This document shows, one piece after another, positions 47,237-51,303 of a DNA stretch of 51,303 bases (position 1 is the stretch's first letter; every line of letters begins with the position of its first letter). This stretch comes from Hydrogenophaga sp. (GTDB lineage: Bacteria > Pseudomonadota > Gammaproteobacteria > Burkholderiales > Burkholderiaceae_C). The stretch lies in contig JBIIQD010000001.1 of NCBI GenBank assembly GCA_044342265.1, positions 1 through 51,303 of the forward strand, in the 5' to 3' direction. The notes beneath the pieces were generated by a model that worked only from the letters and a program-made list of their open reading frames with translations, did no database searches and was not told where the DNA came from. Both the position numbers and the translations under genes were made by a program.

Positions 47237-47832
47237 GGGTGCCTTCTTTGGGTGTTGGGCTGGTTGCGGCCTGCGGGTTTTCCGTTGGAGGGTCGGCTTG
47301 GCTGCAGATCTGCCAGGGCGATGGAAGCGAGGTCGAGGTGCTGGCGAACATCGCGCGCCAGGGTATCGAGCATTGATCGGTACGGCAGGGGAAGCTCGGC
47401 TTCGCCTCGGCGCAGCAGGGTGCACAGCAGGTAAAGGTTGCGGCTGAGGGTGGCCAGTTCGGCGGTGGACATCGTCAGCGCAGCAAGGTGCCCGGCCCGA
47501 CCGCCACCAGCAGACAGCACGGGTACGCCAGCGACGAGACCGGCCAGGTACGCACCACGCGACAGGCCGGCGGTTCGGGCGCCGTCAGCGAATTGCCTGG
47601 CTTCCTCGACCGTCATTCGGATCGAGAGCTTGACACTGGCCGCTTCCACACCAGCCCTGATGGGCACCTCATCGCGCTGAGGTTCGCACTCAGCGGAAAG
47701 GCCCAGGTCGCGCGCCACAGCGCCGCGCACCAGCACCGAAACGCTGACCCGTTGCGCCTGCGCACGGGCCACCAGCGCGGCCTTCAAGCCGCGCATTTCA
47801 ACCGTGACGAAGTCATGTGTTGGGGTGTTCAT
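47233..47832 (-). CDS. MobC/VirD1-like relaxosome accessory protein with two RHH-like segments
   Basis: VSVSVLVRGAV and KLSIRMT.EE...A..AGLSRGAYLA, ELATLSRNL; ATGA overlap with relaxase. Confidence 0.7.
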   Translation of the reverse strand: MNTPTHDFVTVEMRGLKAALVARAQAQRVSVSVLVRGAVARDLGLSAECEPQRDEVPIRAGVEAASVKLSIRMTVEEARQFADGARTAGLSRGAYLAGLVAGVPVLSAGGGRAGHLAALTMSTAELATLSRNLYLLCTLLRRGEAELPLPYRSMLDTLARDVRQHLDLASIALADLQPSRPSNGKPAGRNQPNTQRRHP

Positions 47833-48093
47833 GGTCCGACGAATGGGGGGGCGCGGAGCGCTTGTGAAACTGGCGGCAGGCCGCCTATCTCTGCACTCAC
47901 CTTGAACACAGTATTGGCCCGAACCAAGGCTCTTGAGCTGCTGGATTTGGGTCCAAATCCAGCACGCGACAAGGCCGTTTTTGGATGGAACATAGGTCCA
48001 TCGCAAGGCCCACACCGCTCAACTGAACCGGGACTGCACGAACTGAACCGCGAGCGATCCACAGCCGATCCGCCACTGAACAGAAGCGCCACC
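47833..48093. other. Putative oriT between divergent mobC-relaxase and stb operons
   Basis: Short IR GGCGG-CAGG-CCGCC (47872-47885) running into TATCTCTGC, similar to the MOBP nic consensus TATCCTG/C. Confidence 0.6.
48021..48083 (+). repeat. Direct repeats upstream of the stbA-like gene
   Basis: AACTGAACCG at 48021 and 48041, degenerate GGACTGCACG at 48031, ACTGAACAG at 48075. Confidence 0.65.
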
Positions 48094-48507
48094 ATGAAGC
48101 TGGTCCCCAAGGAGCCGCCAGGCCGCAGCACACGCAAAGCACGGGGCTATGCGCCCGACATGCGGGAACTGCGGGCACAGGGCTACACCTTCGAGGCGAT
48201 ACGAGAGGCGCTGGCAGCGGCTGGCGTTCACGTGAGCAATGCCACGGTGCAACGCGAAGTGGCGCGTTTGGCCAAAGGCTCGGCTACTGCAGCGGCCACC
48301 TCTTCAGGATCTCGCTCAGGCCACGAACTTCAAAACGCGGTGCCGATGACCGGGACGCTGGTGCTACCAACCCCGCCATTGGCCACTCCAGACAGCCCGA
48401 CCGAAGTCGACCTGCGCAGCGGCAAAGAGATCGCCGAGGCGTTCACCAGCAGCCGGATCACCAACCCCCTGGCGCTCGCCAGGGCCAACGCAAAGGACCC
48501 GTCATGA
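48094..48507 (+). CDS. StbA-like HTH DNA-binding protein
   Basis: LRAQGYTFEAIREAL...VSNATVQREV HTH; ATGA overlap with stbB. Confidence 0.6.
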   Translation: MKLVPKEPPGRSTRKARGYAPDMRELRAQGYTFEAIREALAAAGVHVSNATVQREVARLAKGSATAAATSSGSRSGHELQNAVPMTGTLVLPTPPLATPDSPTEVDLRSGKEIAEAFTSSRITNPLALARANAKDPS

Positions 48508-49256
48508 AGATCGCCGTCATCAACTTCTCGGGCAATGTGGGCAAAACCACGGTGGCCCGGCACCTGCTTCTGCCTCGAATCGCGGGCGCTGAACTGATTG
48601 CCGTTGAAAGCCTGAACGCCGATGAGGGTCAAGGTCAAGCCCTGCGCGGGCGACAGTTCGGGGAGCTGCAGGAGTACCTGCAAACCATCGACAACGCGGT
48701 GGTGGACATCGGGGCCAGCAACGTCGAAGAGCTGCTGGACCTGATGCGGCGGTACCGGGGCAGCCACGAGGACTTTGACTGTTTTGTGGTGCCGACCGTG
48801 CCGGCACTCAAGCAACAGCAAGACACCATCGCCACGCTGGTGGACCTGTCGCGGCTGGGCTTGCCCGCTTCCAAGATCCGGCTGGTGTTCAACATGGTCG
48901 AAAGCGGTCTTCAATTCAAGACCACGTTCTTCCTGGTCCTGGGATTTCTCGCAGAGCAACGCATCGCCACCGCCAACCCGGACTGCCGCCTGGGCACGAA
49001 CGAGATCTACGCCCGGATCCGCAACAAGGGCATCGACCTCGCCACCCTGACCCGTGACGACACCGACTACAAGGCCTTGATCGTCAAGACCAAGGGCACC
49101 GCCGAAAGGCTCGCCCTGGCCCAGAAGCTGGCCACGCGGCGGCTGGCCAGCGGCGTGGTGCCCGAGCTCGATGCCTGCTTTGCGGCGCTCGGTCTCGGGA
49201 CGGGTGGCACAAACGACGCGGTGGCACTGCATTCACCGACCCCATGCCCGACCTGA
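48504..49256 (+). CDS. stbB: StbB-family ParA-like ATPase
   Basis: MKIAVINFSGNVGKTTVARHLL.PR, VVDIGASNVE, SHEDFD, KQQQDT. Confidence 0.88.
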   Translation: MKIAVINFSGNVGKTTVARHLLLPRIAGAELIAVESLNADEGQGQALRGRQFGELQEYLQTIDNAVVDIGASNVEELLDLMRRYRGSHEDFDCFVVPTVPALKQQQDTIATLVDLSRLGLPASKIRLVFNMVESGLQFKTTFFLVLGFLAEQRIATANPDCRLGTNEIYARIRNKGIDLATLTRDDTDYKALIVKTKGTAERLALAQKLATRRLASGVVPELDACFAALGLGTGGTNDAVALHSPTPCPT

Positions 49257-49714
49257 CCACGGCCCGCGAAGAGCTGATGGCCGTGGCCATCGGTCAGCTG
49301 GGGGAATTACTGGATCGGATGGATACCCTGGCGCCCAACCTGGACGCAAGCCGCATGGAGTTGCTGATAACCAGTACCGATCTGGCAAAAAAAGTCGAGG
49401 CCTATTCAAAGCGCATGGATGAAATCACCGAGAACGCAAAGGTTCAGACGGTGAAACACATTGCCCGCCGCGCCGACGAAATGGCCCGGGGGACTGTGGA
49501 CACACAGACCCGGGTCATGGAGGAAGCGGCACGTGTGGTGTTCCGCAATGAAGTCGCCCCGGCCTTGCAGCGGGTGACATTGCCGCTGCAGGACGTGGCG
49601 GCCCTGGCCCGAAAGGGTGCACGCCCCTGGGAAGGGTGGTTGCTGCACGCCGCGACGGCGGTGCTTGCTTCGGCCATCAGCTGGGCGATGGCCGCCTGGC
49701 TGTGGCTTCGGTGA
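49244..49714 (+). CDS. Helical protein with C-terminal TM anchor (occupies the stbC position)
   Basis: Overlaps stbB; coiled-coil-like body, hydrophobic C-terminus. Confidence 0.6.
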   Translation: MPDLTTAREELMAVAIGQLGELLDRMDTLAPNLDASRMELLITSTDLAKKVEAYSKRMDEITENAKVQTVKHIARRADEMARGTVDTQTRVMEEAARVVFRNEVAPALQRVTLPLQDVAALARKGARPWEGWLLHAATAVLASAISWAMAAWLWLR

Positions 49715-49779
49715 GAAGCCGCGGCCGGGATCGCGCGAGCCGGCAGCAGCCGGCGAGCGCGCTTCGGAATTTCTGGTGA

Positions 49780-49810
49780 ACCACACCGCCCAGCGTTGCG
49801 GCGGTGTGGT
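49780..49810. terminator. Hairpin between convergent genes, possible terminator
   Basis: ACCACACCGCC-N9-GGCGGTGTGGT, 11-bp stem; U-tracts weak. Confidence 0.45.
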
Positions 49811-49821
49811 GTTGGACCCGT

Positions 49822-50682
49822 TCAGGCCTTGAGTTTGCGCATCTCTTCGGCCAGCACCCAGAGAGCCCGGTTCAGCCTCACGCCGCGGTCGATGCTGGCC
49901 ACCGGGCGGGTGTGCAGGCGTCGGCCCTTGGCGCCGCGCCCGGGCTGGCCACCGCGCAGGGCGTTTTCCTGCACCCGCTGGAACGTGGTCCACAGGCTGT
50001 TGCCGAAGTCTTCAGGGCGGCGGGCTTCGATCAGCTGTTCGGCGGTCACCGGGGCCGGTGGTTCGCCCTCTCCTCGTTCACCGTAGCGCAGGGCCAGGGC
50101 TGCGGTGGCAAAGGCCTGCTGTTCCTCACGTTGAAGCGGCAGGGTCTTCATGCCGTCGGTGGACTCGTCCACCACCTCGAAGTCCTCCAGCACCCGGAAC
50201 GCACCTTCGATCACCTCGTCCTGGATGTTGCCCTTGTGGGGAATGCGGATGTCGTTGGACACGTCGCCCACCACCAGACCATTGCAGCAAACGAACCTGA
50301 AAACGCCCGCAAGCATCTGGTAGCTGCTGGCGCCGTCGTGGCTGTTGATCAGGATGATTTCGTTCGCCTCGGGCCGGGTGTTCACCTGCCCGGCGTGGCG
50401 CATGCGGATCATGTGCTTGGTGAACTCAGTCTTGCCTTCGATGCGGCTCTTGCTCTGGCACACCATGAAGGGCTCGAACCCTTCATGCCGCAGACCGCGC
50501 AGCACGTCGATGGTGGGGATGTAGGTGTAGCGCTCGGAGCGGCTGCCGTGTTTGCCTTCGGCAAAGATGGACGGCGCGGCCCGGCGCATCTGGTCTTCGG
50601 CCAGCGGGGTTTCGCTGCGGATGACGAAGGTGTTCTGGCCGAAACGGGCGGCCAGACGCGGGGAATGGGCGGTAGAGATCAT
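49822..50682 (-). CDS. DUF932 family protein
   Basis: APSIFA..KH.SRSERYTYIPT, FTKHMIRMR, EIILINSHDGASSYQM.AG.FRFVCCNG, LWTTFQRVQEN. Confidence 0.9.
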   Translation of the reverse strand: MISTAHSPRLAARFGQNTFVIRSETPLAEDQMRRAAPSIFAEGKHGSRSERYTYIPTIDVLRGLRHEGFEPFMVCQSKSRIEGKTEFTKHMIRMRHAGQVNTRPEANEIILINSHDGASSYQMLAGVFRFVCCNGLVVGDVSNDIRIPHKGNIQDEVIEGAFRVLEDFEVVDESTDGMKTLPLQREEQQAFATAALALRYGERGEGEPPAPVTAEQLIEARRPEDFGNSLWTTFQRVQENALRGGQPGRGAKGRRLHTRPVASIDRGVRLNRALWVLAEEMRKLKA

Positions 50683-50720
50683 GGTGATGCTCCTGGTTCG
50701 GAAAATCTGGAATGAGGGAT

Positions 50721-50743
50721 ACCGGGCGGAAGAACCGCCCGGT
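50721..50743. other. Intercistronic hairpin between ssb and DUF932
   Basis: ACCGGGCGG-AAGAA-CCGCCCGGT; no U-tract. Confidence 0.5.
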
Positions 50744-50751
50744 GTGTGAGT

Positions 50752-51204
50752 TCAGGCGTGTGCCGGTTGGCGTTCGCTGCGGGCCTTGCGGCTGCTGTTG
50801 GGTGCGCTGGGAGCGGCTGCGGGGGGATCACCGGCACCCTCACGCGCGCGGCGGGCCTCGCCTTCGGCCTTGCTGTCGAGGTAGTCGATTTCATCCACCG
50901 TGAAGGCCAGCCCGTAGACCTCGACCCCGTCGCTGTCCTGGTAGTGGTTGTTGCGCACCCGGCCGACGATGTTCACGTGCGAGCCCTTGCCCAGGTACTC
51001 GGCGGCGTGTTCGGCCTGTTTGGCCCACAGCGTCCATTGGATCGCGGTGGCTTCTTCGGACCGCTCTTCGCCGCTGCCCCGGCGGCTGTTGCTGATGGCG
51101 GTCAGCACCGCCTTGGCGACCTTGCCCTCGCGCCCGTTGACGAATTCGAGCTTGACGGCGGATGCCAGGTGCGCGTGGCGCTGGATGACTTGAACGTTGG
51201 CCAT
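50752..51204 (-). CDS. ssb: Single-stranded DNA-binding protein, divergent, no acidic tail
   Basis: WAKQAEHAAEYLGKGSHVNIVGRVRNNHYQDSDG; RBS AAGGAG. Confidence 0.85.
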   Translation of the reverse strand: MANVQVIQRHAHLASAVKLEFVNGREGKVAKAVLTAISNSRRGSGEERSEEATAIQWTLWAKQAEHAAEYLGKGSHVNIVGRVRNNHYQDSDGVEVYGLAFTVDEIDYLDSKAEGEARRAREGAGDPPAAAPSAPNSSRKARSERQPAHA

Positions 51205-51303
51205 GGTGAAACTCCTTGCAAGAGCGACCAGCCGGACCCCGATCCGGGCTCCTCAAAACCGATCCTCTCGCTCGGACTCCCTCGCTCCCGCCCACGGGCG
51301 GGC

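Noticed and set aside
1-51303. CRISPR array, tRNA, rRNA, element integrase or rep gene, luxI
   Set aside because: None recognised by eye; short or degenerate RNA genes could have been missed without a covariance search.

Overview
GC-rich (roughly 60-65%, by eye) window, probably betaproteobacterial (inferred from protein style). Most of it is part of a conjugative element; no integrase or rep gene is in view, so ICE versus plasmid cannot be decided. Left to right: (1) 1-546 is the left end of an IS110/IS1111-type element abutting a decayed IS66. (2) Catalase HPII (katE) and a hemerythrin-like gene. (3) A cargo/regulatory block: ArgP-like LysR, Na+:solute symporter, membrane desaturase/hydroxylase, ACT protein, unknown protein and a LuxR solo with no luxI in view. 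(4) A debris field with an IS21 fragment, a second broken luxR, a 32-bp palindrome, and a cryptic integron remnant (intI N-terminal pseudo-fragment, GTTAGGC core site, VOC gene). (5) GlxA regulator, cysteine hydrolase and a SnoaL gene split by an IS3 that itself carries an IS30, with both 3-bp target duplications intact. (6) A VirB/VirD4 T4SS operon with atypical order and extra genes. (7) A ~12-kb tightly packed defence block: type III R-M res, ORF6N, mod, a Lamassu/ABC-3C trio with an Mrr-like nuclease, and a RelE-like domain fused to a UvrD-type helicase. (8) VirD2-like relaxase, MobC-like gene, putative oriT, stbAB(C), DUF932 and an SSB without an acidic tail. The best candidates for something undescribed are the R-M/Lamassu/RelE-helicase block and the luxI-less LuxR/desaturase/symporter module. 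All family calls come from motif recognition by eye; no database searches were run.
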